IMG/VR virus record: IMGVR_UViG_3300020594_000016
Location: 1 to 25,541 of that record
Strand: one strand, 5' to 3'
Length of the DNA: 25,541 nt
Source: a virus
Lineage: Duplodnaviria > Caudoviricetes
In this document: piece by piece, positions 8,404 to 17,660 of the stretch
Layout: each line of letters begins with the position of its first letter
How positions within the stretch are numbered: position 1 is the first letter of the stretch
Position numbers and translations under genes: made by a program
Notes under the pieces: generated by a model
What the model saw: the letters and a program-made list of their open reading frames with translations, nothing else
The model's database searches: none
Told to the model about the DNA's origin: nothing

Positions 8404-9366
8404 TTAGGCCTCGACGTTGATGCCGGATTTCTCCGGGGAGATCGTGAAGTCAGCTTCGACTTTGCTGCCAGCAGCGAATTTCCTGGTACAGCCAAGGATT
8501 CCCTGCTCAAGAATGTGGTTGAGCTGGTCGCGATCAGGGAAGAAGCGGAACCACACTTTCTGGCCGCGCAGCTTGACCAGGGGGTCGCTGATGCCGTCAG
8601 ACAGATAAGCTTTGAAGCTGGCCCCATTCAGCGTCTTGGAGGTGCTGCCTACGGTGCCTCCATAGACTTGAGTTGACGACAGGCTGTACGACTCTTCCGA
8701 AGGCTGGAAATCCGAAGCCAGGTCGATGTCCGCGAAGATCGGCTCTGCATACGAAGCGAATACCTTCTTCGGCTTGTTGCCGACGTGAATCAGTGGCAGA
8801 TCTGCGTTGAAGACAACGGCGCCTGATGCTGAGTCAACCGAGTAAACCGGGCTGGTAGCGATCTCGCGGTGCAGGCCGGGAACAGAGTACAGCTCGGAAG
8901 CTTTCACTGCTGCGGCAGCGGTGGTGTTCAGGCGCACTTGGCCGACTTCGATAGACTCGACCGGAATCAGTGCAGGGCCACCAGCTGCACCGCGTGTCTC
9001 GCTGAAGGATGCGCCGGAAGCACCAGGTACTGCTTCGTAGACGCCAGTCGCATTCACGGTGACAGAGATGATGATGTTCGTGCCGCCAGATGCACGGGTG
9101 ACGCTCAGCTCGGCAGCGGGAACGGTGACTTTGGCGCCGGCGAGGTTGGCGGTAGCAGCAGTGACCTTCACTTTGTTCGAGCCGGTGCCAACGCTCAGCT
9201 CGGCGCCGGTAAGCAGGCCGTTGGGCATTACTACGGGAGCAAAGCCGGTGACGCCGGAGAACTGGTCGGCTTGGCTGGTGAACGTCTTGTTGTCGCCGGA
9301 GTTGTCTAGCTCGGACATCGGGAACGCGTTCTGTCCAGACTCGTATTGCAGCAGTTGATTATCCAT
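8404..9366 (-). CDS. Major tail (tube) protein
   Basis: 320 aa, Ala/Gly/Ser/Thr-rich, immediately upstream of the chaperone and TMP. Confidence 0.75.
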   Translation of the reverse strand: MDNQLLQYESGQNAFPMSELDNSGDNKTFTSQADQFSGVTGFAPVVMPNGLLTGAELSVGTGSNKVKVTAATANLAGAKVTVPAAELSVTRASGGTNIIISVTVNATGVYEAVPGASGASFSETRGAAGGPALIPVESIEVGQVRLNTTAAAAVKASELYSVPGLHREIATSPVYSVDSASGAVVFNADLPLIHVGNKPKKVFASYAEPIFADIDLASDFQPSEESYSLSSTQVYGGTVGSTSKTLNGASFKAYLSDGISDPLVKLRGQKVWFRFFPDRDQLNHILEQGILGCTRKFAAGSKVEADFTISPEKSGINVEA

Positions 9367-9526
9367 AATCGAATTACTTCCTAGTTTTGATCAAAACAAA
9401 TGTTGTGTGTTAATTATAAATACGTTACCTATATTTGTATATATTAAAGCGTAAAGTAAATGTCGTGTGGCAATGAGCCACTCGTGCCGGTATTATCTGG
9501 AGCCAGACCATTGGCACGGAGCGCTT

Positions 9527-10429
9527 ATGAAAAAGGCAGTTCTGGTTCTTGTAGTTTCTTCCATTGCGATTACCGCTTGCTCTACAACATCAAGAGAAGA
9601 ACGGCAAAAGAAACTTTATGATCAGGTTTCGGAAGCGTTCAAGGTTAATGTGATTAATGACTGCTCTTATTCTGGAAAAGGAGTGGCTATCACCGATTTC
9701 AGACCCTTCTTCTCGGACGACTCAGTTAAAAAGTCAGAATATGAAACGCGCGATCAGTATTTGGCACGGATGAAAGCCAAAGTTCCAGAGTACATGACGT
9801 TCAGAGTTCCTGCTAAATATGGGCAATATAATGCTGAAACAGGGATGCTTCATGTTGTAGTAACAAGATATGCAGAGCCTCAGGGGTTGCAGGTTGAATC
9901 GTATGAAGAGCAATTGCGTAAAGAGAAGCAAGAAGCTTCTGGATATCACGTATTTTACGCTGCTAGAAACCTCTATGCAAAAACTAGGAGTTACCCGAGA
10001 GTAGCACTCAAAAGCGAGATCCCGTACTCGACACAAAAGATTGGACAGACAGCCTACGGATACGAGAAAGAGTATACCGCAGCACTGTATGATGAATATT
10101 TCGCTTCGCTTGGCATGCTTGACTCGAAAAATGGCGTAAATGAAGTAAACTATTATGCAGATATTCCAATGACGGGATACGAAGCTCAAAACGCAAAAGA
10201 CAGCCTCGAAATTGAGTTTACAATTAAGGCTGTCGCTCCATACCTGCTGTCTTATGATAAAGAGCCGATTGCTGCGACAATCTCTGAGCCTTATGCGATT
10301 ACTCGATTTCAGCACGTCTTTGTTGGTGATCTGTGCTCAAGCTCATTTGTTGATTCAAAATCCGGGAAAACTTACAACGTTCCACTTCAGCTGAATCTGC
10401 CAAAGCTTGACTATCCTTATTTCAGATAG
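9527..10429 (+). CDS. Moron lipoprotein of unknown function
   Basis: From ATG 9527: MKKAVLVLVVSSIAITAC is a signal peptide with a lipobox. Opposite strand and more AT-rich than its neighbours. Confidence 0.8.
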   Translation: MKKAVLVLVVSSIAITACSTTSREERQKKLYDQVSEAFKVNVINDCSYSGKGVAITDFRPFFSDDSVKKSEYETRDQYLARMKAKVPEYMTFRVPAKYGQYNAETGMLHVVVTRYAEPQGLQVESYEEQLRKEKQEASGYHVFYAARNLYAKTRSYPRVALKSEIPYSTQKIGQTAYGYEKEYTAALYDEYFASLGMLDSKNGVNEVNYYADIPMTGYEAQNAKDSLEIEFTIKAVAPYLLSYDKEPIAATISEPYAITRFQHVFVGDLCSSSFVDSKSGKTYNVPLQLNLPKLDYPYFR

Positions 10430-10430
10430 A

Positions 10431-10910
10431 TCAAACAAGCAGAAACGGATTCCTGGCATCTACCCGGTATCTGACAGCTAGGGTCAGCACCGACCCACAG
10501 TACGGTGACTGACCTTCCCCTACGGCAGGGATAGCGCTTCTTACGACGAGGCTTTCTACTTTCCCGCCCAGCTTCGTACTGATCCTCTCCGGCAGCCCTG
10601 GATCTCTCGACAGTGCGACCCTTGCGTCAGCAGCAAGCTGGTTGGCTTTGTCCGTGAGCGACATGTCGCGGTGTCGATCATAGAACTCGACCAGCACCTC
10701 CAGCTCCCGCAGCTCAACGTAGCCCGTCGCCTCGATCAGTTGGTCGCCGGCAGACCAGTAGTTTATTGCTGGGAGGTCTTTGCCAGCAAACGGCGTCAAG
10801 CTGGCACGCTCAACGCGCACGTCATCAGTGAAAAAGCCATTCCTGGTGTTGATCAGCTTCAGGCGGGCCTCGATGAGATCGAGTATCTGGGTTTCAACGG
10901 GCGTGTTCAT
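10431..10910 (-). CDS. Tail terminator / tail completion protein
   Basis: Size, position before the tail tube, and motifs (LKLIxxxNGF, DLPAI, LxVRY). Confidence 0.7.
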   Translation of the reverse strand: MNTPVETQILDLIEARLKLINTRNGFFTDDVRVERASLTPFAGKDLPAINYWSAGDQLIEATGYVELRELEVLVEFYDRHRDMSLTDKANQLAADARVALSRDPGLPERISTKLGGKVESLVVRSAIPAVGEGQSPYCGSVLTLAVRYRVDARNPFLLV

Positions 10911-11491
10911 TCAAATCTGAGTCCTTTCAGTCGTGAGAGTAGGGTTGGAATTTCTTTCTGAGCTGTTTCTTCGAAGCCCAAGCGAGCAGGCATCTTCACT
11001 TCTTTCACGAGCCAGAACATCGCCTTGCCGCCCTCAATCACCGCAAACCTGGCTTTCCCTGCGTTCTTGAGCTTCACGATGTAGCCGCCGCTGGCAAACA
11101 CGTCGCGGGCAGAACGGCGCATCACGCCAGCCGGTGTTTGATTCGCTTGCGAAGGAATGTTGAGGTACGGGCCACCTGGTAGCATCCGGTATGCGCGCTT
11201 GGCCTTGATCGTCCCTCCAGCCTCGTGAATCGGCGCGTATGGAGACGTGGTGTACGTCGATGAGCCGATGTTGCCGAGCGATGTACCAAACGTGCTGAAC
11301 CGCCAGGATCTTCCGAGTTCTCCAGTTCTGGAGTGCAACGGGCCATTCATCGAACGCTGGGCCATCTGCTTTTGTACAGACATGGCCGTCTCAGCAAAGA
11401 TCTCTTTTGCACTCGATGCTATGTGTTCTGGTAGTTCATTGATAAAGCGTAGGGCTTCATTGAGCCCAATCATCTTAATAGTTTCTGCCAT
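10907..11491 (-). CDS. HK97 gp10-like neck/tail completion protein
   Basis: RTGELGRS and PYAPIHEAGG motifs, C-terminal MPAR. ATG 11491. Confidence 0.75.
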   Translation of the reverse strand: MAETIKMIGLNEALRFINELPEHIASSAKEIFAETAMSVQKQMAQRSMNGPLHSRTGELGRSWRFSTFGTSLGNIGSSTYTTSPYAPIHEAGGTIKAKRAYRMLPGGPYLNIPSQANQTPAGVMRRSARDVFASGGYIVKLKNAGKARFAVIEGGKAMFWLVKEVKMPARLGFEETAQKEIPTLLSRLKGLRFE

Positions 11492-11616
11492 ACGCAATTC
11501 CTTCGTACAGCAATGTTACGTTATTTGTTGATTAAAATACATAAATATATAGTTATGCTTGTTAAAATGCGAAAATACCATGTTATAATAAAATTATAAT
11601 TAAGGAGATTGATGGT

Positions 11617-11976
11617 ATGTGGAATTTCAAATCAAAACAGGAGGCATACAGCTCTGTTGAGGAGTTTTTAGAGAAGAACAAGAGCGAGAGGTTTGTTGTC
11701 GGCTTCTACGAGACGAATGACAAGGGTGGCGGGGCGTTTGTTGACAGAAAAAGGATATCTGGACGGATCTATAGCCCAAGCAACATGCGTTCACCCGTCT
11801 GGATCTTCTGCGTGCGCGAGGACAACGGCAGGGCGACGTTGAGAATCGAAAGCACTAGGGCACAGGTTCGGTCAGAGGTTGAGGCTATGAAAGGCATTCT
11901 GCGCGCTCAGGGCATGCTGGTAGAGCAGGATGTGGTCTGCAACTCTAGAGTCGAGATCAACAGCGTTGCTGCCTGA
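11617..11976 (+). CDS. Hypothetical moron protein (119 aa)
   Basis: Own AT-rich promoter and AAGGAG RBS; opposite strand. Confidence 0.75.
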   Translation: MWNFKSKQEAYSSVEEFLEKNKSERFVVGFYETNDKGGGAFVDRKRISGRIYSPSNMRSPVWIFCVREDNGRATLRIESTRAQVRSEVEAMKGILRAQGMLVEQDVVCNSRVEINSVAA

Positions 11977-12005
11977 AGTCCCGCCACCTGCTGTGCAGAA
12001 AGTGG

Positions 12006-12035
12006 CCAGCGGTAGGTTGGTCCACTGCCCGCTGG
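12006..12035. terminator. Hairpin between the convergent moron and endolysin genes
   Basis: CCAGCGG...CCGCTGG inverted repeat with no clear U-tract. Confidence 0.4.
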
Positions 12036-12061
12036 TCGTGTTCAGCGAAGCTGGTTAAATG

Positions 12062-12451
12062 CTAGCAAAGCTCGAAATGAACGAGATCAAGGAAGCGCTC
12101 GTCCTTCGATTTGCCGTTACCGTTCCAGTCTCCACCCCATCGCACCGCAATGCCCATGCTGTCGGCCACTGCCTGCACGTACCCAGCAAGACTCGCAAAA
12201 GCCAGCGAGTCGTTCCAATCTACTGGATATGGGGCGACATCGACGGCTTGTGACGGCAGAGTGTTGTGCTTCCCCTCCGGCCACCTCAGCTTCGACTTCC
12301 CCTCGCGAAACGCTTTGTCTTGTGCCTCCTGGCCTCGATGACCCTCTAGCACAACGAAGTCCTCATACTTGATGACCTCGTTCAACACCGCCTGAAGCTT
12401 GGGGTGACACGTTGCCAGCCGATCCAGGCTGGTCTTCGAAAATGCAGGCAT
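12062..12451 (-). CDS. Endolysin, peptidase M15 family (L-Ala-D-Glu peptidase-like)
   Basis: From ATG 12451 (AAGGAG RBS): EGxR, Zn ligands in KHNxxxxxAVD and DLVHFEL, and RWGGDW. Confidence 0.9.
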   Translation of the reverse strand: MPAFSKTSLDRLATCHPKLQAVLNEVIKYEDFVVLEGHRGQEAQDKAFREGKSKLRWPEGKHNTLPSQAVDVAPYPVDWNDSLAFASLAGYVQAVADSMGIAVRWGGDWNGNGKSKDERFLDLVHFELC

Positions 12452-12452
12452 A

Positions 12453-12806
12453 TCAATCTCCTTTTGGCCTGTTAATGGGCGCCTTTCCTGGCACCTTCGT
12501 TGTTTCTTGCAGCTCACTGAGAGCGATCCTTCCAACCAGCCCGAACAGGGCGAGCAGGGCAGAGATGATCAGCGCTCCCGTGACTTTCTCGACGATCCGC
12601 TTCCTACGCTCACGTCGTTCCCGCATCTCCTCCGCCATCTCCCTGATCAACGGGGCATACGGCAGAAGCTCATCCAGGGCCTTGTGGTGCGCGGCATGCT
12701 TCTCTTCCCAGTCGGCCTGCCGGCTACCAAGTACCTCTCCCAGCTCGCGTGCCAGCAGCTTGTAATCGATGCCGCCATAGGCTCTTTCAGGTGTATCGAA
12801 CATCAT
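12453..12806 (-). CDS. Single-TM membrane protein, possible second holin or lysis regulator
   Basis: Start overlaps the connector stop (GTGATGATG). Charged helical N-terminus, then TM GALIISALLALFGLVG. Directly upstream of the endolysin. Confidence 0.55.
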   Translation of the reverse strand: MMFDTPERAYGGIDYKLLARELGEVLGSRQADWEEKHAAHHKALDELLPYAPLIREMAEEMRERRERRKRIVEKVTGALIISALLALFGLVGRIALSELQETTKVPGKAPINRPKGD

Positions 12807-13324
12807 CACCAACCCCCAAGCGCATAGTTGCGATAGGGTGCCAGCAGGCGAATCACTTCCTTGAGCAACCCAATCTGGCCGCTGTACTGAACACTCCCAC
12901 CATCGGTGTTCACAGCAGTGGCACCTATCTGATCCTTGCGCTGGTACTCGTGACACGCTTGAAGCACAGCAGCTCGCTTCACGTCTGCCGGGATCTCATC
13001 GAAGCCGCCTTTGTAGACCACCTTGAAGTTGCCTTCCTGGTGCCCACGAAAGCTGATCCGATCCCCACGCGTACGCCAGTTGAGCACCTGTGATTTGCCA
13101 TCAACGATCACCGATTTCACAGAAACCAGGGGCAGGGCGCGGAGCGGAATGTCGAGGCCATCGAGGTAGCCGGTTTCCGTGTACTCATCGAACTCGAAGC
13201 TCCTCTGGCAGTAGTTTTCCAGCGCGGCATGTACCTGTACCAGGATCACCTGCAACTCCGGGTACTTGTCTTCGGCTTTTTCGAGATCGAGCAAGGCCTT
13301 CACGTCGTCAAATTCAACGATCAT
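12806..13324 (-). CDS. Head-tail connector (gp6-like adaptor)
   Basis: Follows the capsid gene. VKALL, ENYCQRSF, YKGGF..IPADVKRA and LLAPYR motifs. Confidence 0.85.
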   Translation of the reverse strand: MIVEFDDVKALLDLEKAEDKYPELQVILVQVHAALENYCQRSFEFDEYTETGYLDGLDIPLRALPLVSVKSVIVDGKSQVLNWRTRGDRISFRGHQEGNFKVVYKGGFDEIPADVKRAAVLQACHEYQRKDQIGATAVNTDGGSVQYSGQIGLLKEVIRLLAPYRNYALGGW

Positions 13325-13342
13325 TTGTCTTCATCCTTGAAG

Positions 13343-13366
13343 AAAACCCCGGCGTGGCCGGGGCTT
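13343..13366 (-). terminator. Rho-independent terminator after the major capsid gene
   Basis: Minus strand GCCCCGGC-CAC-GCCGGGGTTTTCTT. Confidence 0.8.
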
Positions 13367-13372
13367 CTGGCC

Positions 13373-14482
13373 TTACTTCACTTTCACCGGGACGAAGGCT
13401 TCTGGCTGGGTCACGCCGGCAGCGTGGCGAGCCTTCAACAGGAAGCCAGCGGTGTCGGAAGTGTCGTAGTTACCGCCAGTCAGACGCTTCACGGCCATGC
13501 CTTCACGGTCGTAGATCTCGTAGTGCTTCAGATCGCCGATAACGATTGGGAATTTGCCAGTGGCAATGTCATCCAGGTCTTCAGCAGTGACAATGCGGAT
13601 GCCGTCAAAGTAGCTAACTTCACCTTGAGTGGTCAGCAGCTTGCGGCCATCTGCGTCACGGAGAGAATCCAGGTACGCCTCGGTCTGGCTGTTGCACAGC
13701 AATACAGCACGACGGCGGTACTGCTTGCGCAGCTTATAGAACGCCTTCTTGATCAGCGCGATGGCGTCGGCATGTGTGGCACCCAGCACCCCAACTTCGG
13801 CAGAAGTGACGGCGTTGGCTTTGGTTTCGGCAGAAACAATGCCAAGGGGCTCATTGATTCCGGTGCCGACCGAGAAGGCGCGACCTTCTTCTTCTGCCAA
13901 GGACTCGGAGAAGAGATCGATCAGCTTCGACACTAGGTCATATGCGCTGTCACTCAGGCTGTCGTTTGGAATGACAACTAGGGATTTTGCGGTATGAACG
14001 TCCAGGGTTTGAGCGCCGGCAGTCAGTTCCTCTTCGGTCGGAGTGACATTGCCATAGCCGGTTTTCGGGCGGCTCAGAGACGGCAGGAACACGCGGTTGC
14101 GACCCGTACGGCCAACTGATGCCAGGGGGCGGATTTCGTTGAGAATGTAGGCTTTCGACTTGATCTCTTTCGACATGTCGGCAGGAAGGAACACCGCGCC
14201 TTCTTCGTCTGTAGCACCGCTCAGGGTACGCAGCTCGCCGATATCGCCAACACGAGCGTACTGAATGAATGCAGTGGCACGCTTCTCCAGCTCCACGTCA
14301 TTCGCAGCAGGCAGCCCGCCCGGACGGTTCAATTTGACGGTCACGTCATCCAGAGCAGCGCGCAGCTCGACAATCTCTTGCTTCAGGGCAGCGGTCTGTT
14401 CGTTGCTTTCCTGGCCGCGAGCACGCAGCTCGGCTTCAGCGTTTTTGATCGATGCCAGCAGTTCTATCAGTTGTTCTTCCAT
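13373..14482 (-). CDS. Major capsid protein, HK97 fold
   Basis: N-terminal coiled-coil delta domain; GxxxLP, GTGINEPLGI, LRDADGR, IGDL..Y.I.DR and PEAF motifs. Confidence 0.93.
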   Translation of the reverse strand: MEEQLIELLASIKNAEAELRARGQESNEQTAALKQEIVELRAALDDVTVKLNRPGGLPAANDVELEKRATAFIQYARVGDIGELRTLSGATDEEGAVFLPADMSKEIKSKAYILNEIRPLASVGRTGRNRVFLPSLSRPKTGYGNVTPTEEELTAGAQTLDVHTAKSLVVIPNDSLSDSAYDLVSKLIDLFSESLAEEEGRAFSVGTGINEPLGIVSAETKANAVTSAEVGVLGATHADAIALIKKAFYKLRKQYRRRAVLLCNSQTEAYLDSLRDADGRKLLTTQGEVSYFDGIRIVTAEDLDDIATGKFPIVIGDLKHYEIYDREGMAVKRLTGGNYDTSDTAGFLLKARHAAGVTQPEAFVPVKVK

Positions 14483-14502
14483 GATTTAAATATCTCGTAA
14501 AT

Positions 14503-15522
14503 TTAGTGGTTAAAGGTTTTTAGTGATTCACTGAGGCTCTTCATGAGCGCACGTGTCTCAAGCGAAAGCTCGGGGGCTTTCTTCGTCTTAACCGGAAGTG
14601 CGGGCGAGATATCTACTGCTGCGGCTTTGGTTAGTTCTTTGGCAACAAGCTGCCTTACTTCATCGCAAGCGATGAGTTTGGGATCGACTTCGGCAGGAAC
14701 TTGGCCACGACGGAGTGATCGGATTTCTTCAATCGTCAACCTGGACGATTGGGTAAATTCTTCTACAGATTGCTCGCCAAGCATGGCTTGGACGGCCTTG
14801 GACAGATCGTTGGCATCAGGGGCGCCACGGAGTCCTGGATCGACGTTGTACAAATCGTTCAGCCAGCCAACGTACGCCGACTTGAATTCCTCAATGGCCA
14901 GCTCGGTAGCTGATACAACTTCACCTGGTTTCTTCATGCTCCAGGAGATGTCATCGATGGTCTGCGATAGCGCGCTACGGAGGCGGCTGCCGCGTGAGTA
15001 CAGCTCGTTCTTGTCGATTGTTTCAGAGAAGCTGGTGGCCCTGGATTCGTCTTCCTGAGAGCGCACCTGATCAATCGTGGCTGTCTCATTGGCTTCGAAA
15101 TTGACAGGAGAAATCTCTTGTAGAGCCACTTCCGTGTACTCTTTTATCCCGCTGGTGTTGAAGCCGGACTTGATGCCTCGGAAGCCGAAAGACATGGTGT
15201 CGATAGCACCATCGAGCATGAGCTGGTGAGCGTTGCGGCCAGCTTCAGTCGAGAGTGACAGCTGGGCTTCGAAGTAGACTCCCTTCTCGTCCTCTCGGAT
15301 CTCGGTCACAACACCGATTGGCATAGCTCCGAAGTCGTGATTCCAGAGCAGCTTGATGCGAGATCCGCGCTCAGAAAGCGTTTTCTTGAACGATCCGCGC
15401 TTGAAAGTGGTGTTGTAAGTATCGATAGAACCCCAGGTGACGATGTAGCCGGAAAACATTCCAGGCTTCTCATCAGCACGAGTTTCTAACGGTGTAAAAC
15501 TGCGAACTTCCATGTTCTTCAT
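14503..15522 (-). CDS. HK97-family prohead protease with long C-terminal extension
   Basis: FSGY, LLWNHD...PIG, MSFGF and LQEISPV.F.AN..A motifs in the first ~155 aa. Confidence 0.92.
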   Translation of the reverse strand: MKNMEVRSFTPLETRADEKPGMFSGYIVTWGSIDTYNTTFKRGSFKKTLSERGSRIKLLWNHDFGAMPIGVVTEIREDEKGVYFEAQLSLSTEAGRNAHQLMLDGAIDTMSFGFRGIKSGFNTSGIKEYTEVALQEISPVNFEANETATIDQVRSQEDESRATSFSETIDKNELYSRGSRLRSALSQTIDDISWSMKKPGEVVSATELAIEEFKSAYVGWLNDLYNVDPGLRGAPDANDLSKAVQAMLGEQSVEEFTQSSRLTIEEIRSLRRGQVPAEVDPKLIACDEVRQLVAKELTKAAAVDISPALPVKTKKAPELSLETRALMKSLSESLKTFNH

Positions 15523-15543
15523 ATATCAATCCTTGATGCCGTA

Positions 15544-15572
15544 ATTATATTTGATAGATATTATGCGGTAAA
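15544..15572 (-). promoter_or_regulatory. Sigma70-like promoter for protease-capsid
   Basis: TTTACC-N17-TATAAT. Confidence 0.65.
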
Positions 15573-15576
15573 GTAT

Positions 15577-17562
15577 TTATTCACTAAAAGATAACGAGCA
15601 GCGGCAATTAACTCGATCTTTGGTAGTTGTCGAAGAGTCCAGTGGCCACCTGGGCGTCCCGCCGTAGTGCGAGCTAAACCGGCCATCGATGGGGCGCACC
15701 TCGCCAGCCCTGGCAGCGTGGCCATCACGAGCACCACCAGAGGTGTTCCAGATCTTTTTCCCGGCGCCGACCTCTTCAGCTGAAGCAATCTGGCCTACTG
15801 AGCTGACTGCCCCGGTGAGGGTTCTGGCTACACGAAGGGCGCGATCTGGACCGAAGAAGCCGCCAGAAGTTAGGCGATCCTTGAGCTGCTGAACGGTCTC
15901 GTTTGCTGCCCTAGAATCAGCAATCAGGGCAGTAAGGATCTCGACTGAGCTGGCATTCAGGAAGCCCAGCTCCACTTCAATCACATGCTCGGCAGTGAGA
16001 AGTGAGGCGATGCGCAGTGCGACGTTGCTGTCATCGCGAAACTCAACTGGAGCAGCAGAGCGCTTTTTGGCAACAACCACGGCTTTCCCAGCATCAACAG
16101 CAGCCTCTATAGCCAGCTGGCGAATGCCCTTGATGTGTCGCTCGCTGATCGAATGCAGTTCATCGTCCAGGCCGTCCAGGTCGTCGCCATCGTCGATCAG
16201 GCCAAACACCAGGTTGCGCTGCTCATCGAGCAGGGCTTCGAACGCCGGCTTCATGTGCTTCTGAGCCATTTCCTCCCTACGATCGATCTCCTTGTCGATG
16301 TTCCGCAGCTCTGTTGGCATCAACGACCAGTTGGTCATGCCGCGCTTTTCGAGGGCAGGGGCGGAGCGGTCTTCAGCTGCCGAAGCTGCCTGGGCATTGC
16401 TGCGGCCACCAAAGGGCTTTTCCCAGTCCGGATATTCTGTGAGCCCTAACTCAAGTCGGTCGTTAATGACTTTGACGGGGACTCCAAGCTTGAAGAACTT
16501 ACCTGCACGATCAAGTTTCGCATCTTCGCTTTCTCTCAAGGCGTCAATTTGTGAATAGTCGGCTTTTATATAGAAGCCATCTCCCAGCTGATCTTTCAAC
16601 GACCTGTTGAATGCATCAACAATCAAATTGATTAATGGGATAACAGTATTCATCCAGAAGATTCTTTTTGCTTCTGAGATGTTGTTGTATGAACTGGCAT
16701 CTGTAGAAACAAGCTGAATGGGCACGCCGAAGGAGGCAAGGATTACATCCCTGTTGTTCTTCAGGCCCTGGCTGAAATCCATGTCGGTTTGGCTGAACCC
16801 AAGCTTATGGAATACCGTCTTCGCGGCGAGCACGAGCGGGGTTCCAGCTTTCTTTGCGCCGCCAAAGAATTTAGCAATTGATTTTGATACTGTTGCACGC
16901 TGCACATCTGTTTGAACATCTTCAAGGCCGATGGCGAAAGATGGCTTGGCCCCATTTTTCAGCAAGGCGTTATTCCATTCCTGCATCAGATTATCGACAT
17001 CAACAGCTTTTGCGGCAGCCATCAGTGGTGATATGCCACGAACTGGGTCAGCGGGGTCGGCAATACATACTCTAATTACAGAGTCTAAAGTGTAGTCAGG
17101 AGAGAAGGATTTAGGTTGATTGCTCTTAAGTTGTACTTTATAGCCAGATATTAGATTTGCAGAGTCTTCACTGACGACTGGGCATATTCTGTCAGGACTA
17201 ATAGGCCACAACTCTTTTACGATTCCTCGTACGCCGCTTGCTTTCTTGAAGTAAGCCTCACCGGAGAGCTGAAGCCATATCGCTATGAGGCGCATAATGT
17301 CAGCACGTGACATGTCGGGATGGGGGTGATCAAGAAGCTTATGAACCGGGTGGGACGTAACTATTTTGCTTTCTTTGTCATAGACAACAAGAGGCACACT
17401 GGAGACGGCATCAGCTACTAGCTTCGAAGCAATGAAAACCCATGCGCTAGATTTCAGCCCTTCCTTTGTAGCCTTCTCAAGATTCCAATCTTTCCATTCT
17501 GGGTTTGTCCAAGTGCTTATGTGGCAAGATGCCTGAGCCATGTTTCTCGTTTCGAAGTCCAT
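15577..17562 (-). CDS. Portal protein fused to a C-terminal MuF (SPP1 gp7-like) minor head domain
   Basis: HK97-type portal motifs (HPVHKLL..P, LSGEAY, GISPL, NGAKP, FGVP, SYNN) in ~400 aa, then the MuF signature RAxxxART...KxW....R..H...VNCRC in the same frame. Confidence 0.88.
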   Translation of the reverse strand: MDFETRNMAQASCHISTWTNPEWKDWNLEKATKEGLKSSAWVFIASKLVADAVSSVPLVVYDKESKIVTSHPVHKLLDHPHPDMSRADIMRLIAIWLQLSGEAYFKKASGVRGIVKELWPISPDRICPVVSEDSANLISGYKVQLKSNQPKSFSPDYTLDSVIRVCIADPADPVRGISPLMAAAKAVDVDNLMQEWNNALLKNGAKPSFAIGLEDVQTDVQRATVSKSIAKFFGGAKKAGTPLVLAAKTVFHKLGFSQTDMDFSQGLKNNRDVILASFGVPIQLVSTDASSYNNISEAKRIFWMNTVIPLINLIVDAFNRSLKDQLGDGFYIKADYSQIDALRESEDAKLDRAGKFFKLGVPVKVINDRLELGLTEYPDWEKPFGGRSNAQAASAAEDRSAPALEKRGMTNWSLMPTELRNIDKEIDRREEMAQKHMKPAFEALLDEQRNLVFGLIDDGDDLDGLDDELHSISERHIKGIRQLAIEAAVDAGKAVVVAKKRSAAPVEFRDDSNVALRIASLLTAEHVIEVELGFLNASSVEILTALIADSRAANETVQQLKDRLTSGGFFGPDRALRVARTLTGAVSSVGQIASAEEVGAGKKIWNTSGGARDGHAARAGEVRPIDGRFSSHYGGTPRWPLDSSTTTKDRVNCRCSLSFSE

Positions 17563-17625
17563 TTCGTTACCCGTTGATTTCCTCCTTTTTGCTTCCTGCG
17601 AATTGGAGAAATATATAATGCGTTA

Positions 17626-17654
17626 ATTCTAGGTTTATAGATATTAAAACGCAA
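17626..17654 (-). promoter_or_regulatory. Sigma70-like promoter for portal
   Basis: TTGCGT-N17-TAGAAT. Confidence 0.6.
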
Positions 17655-17660
17655 TATATA

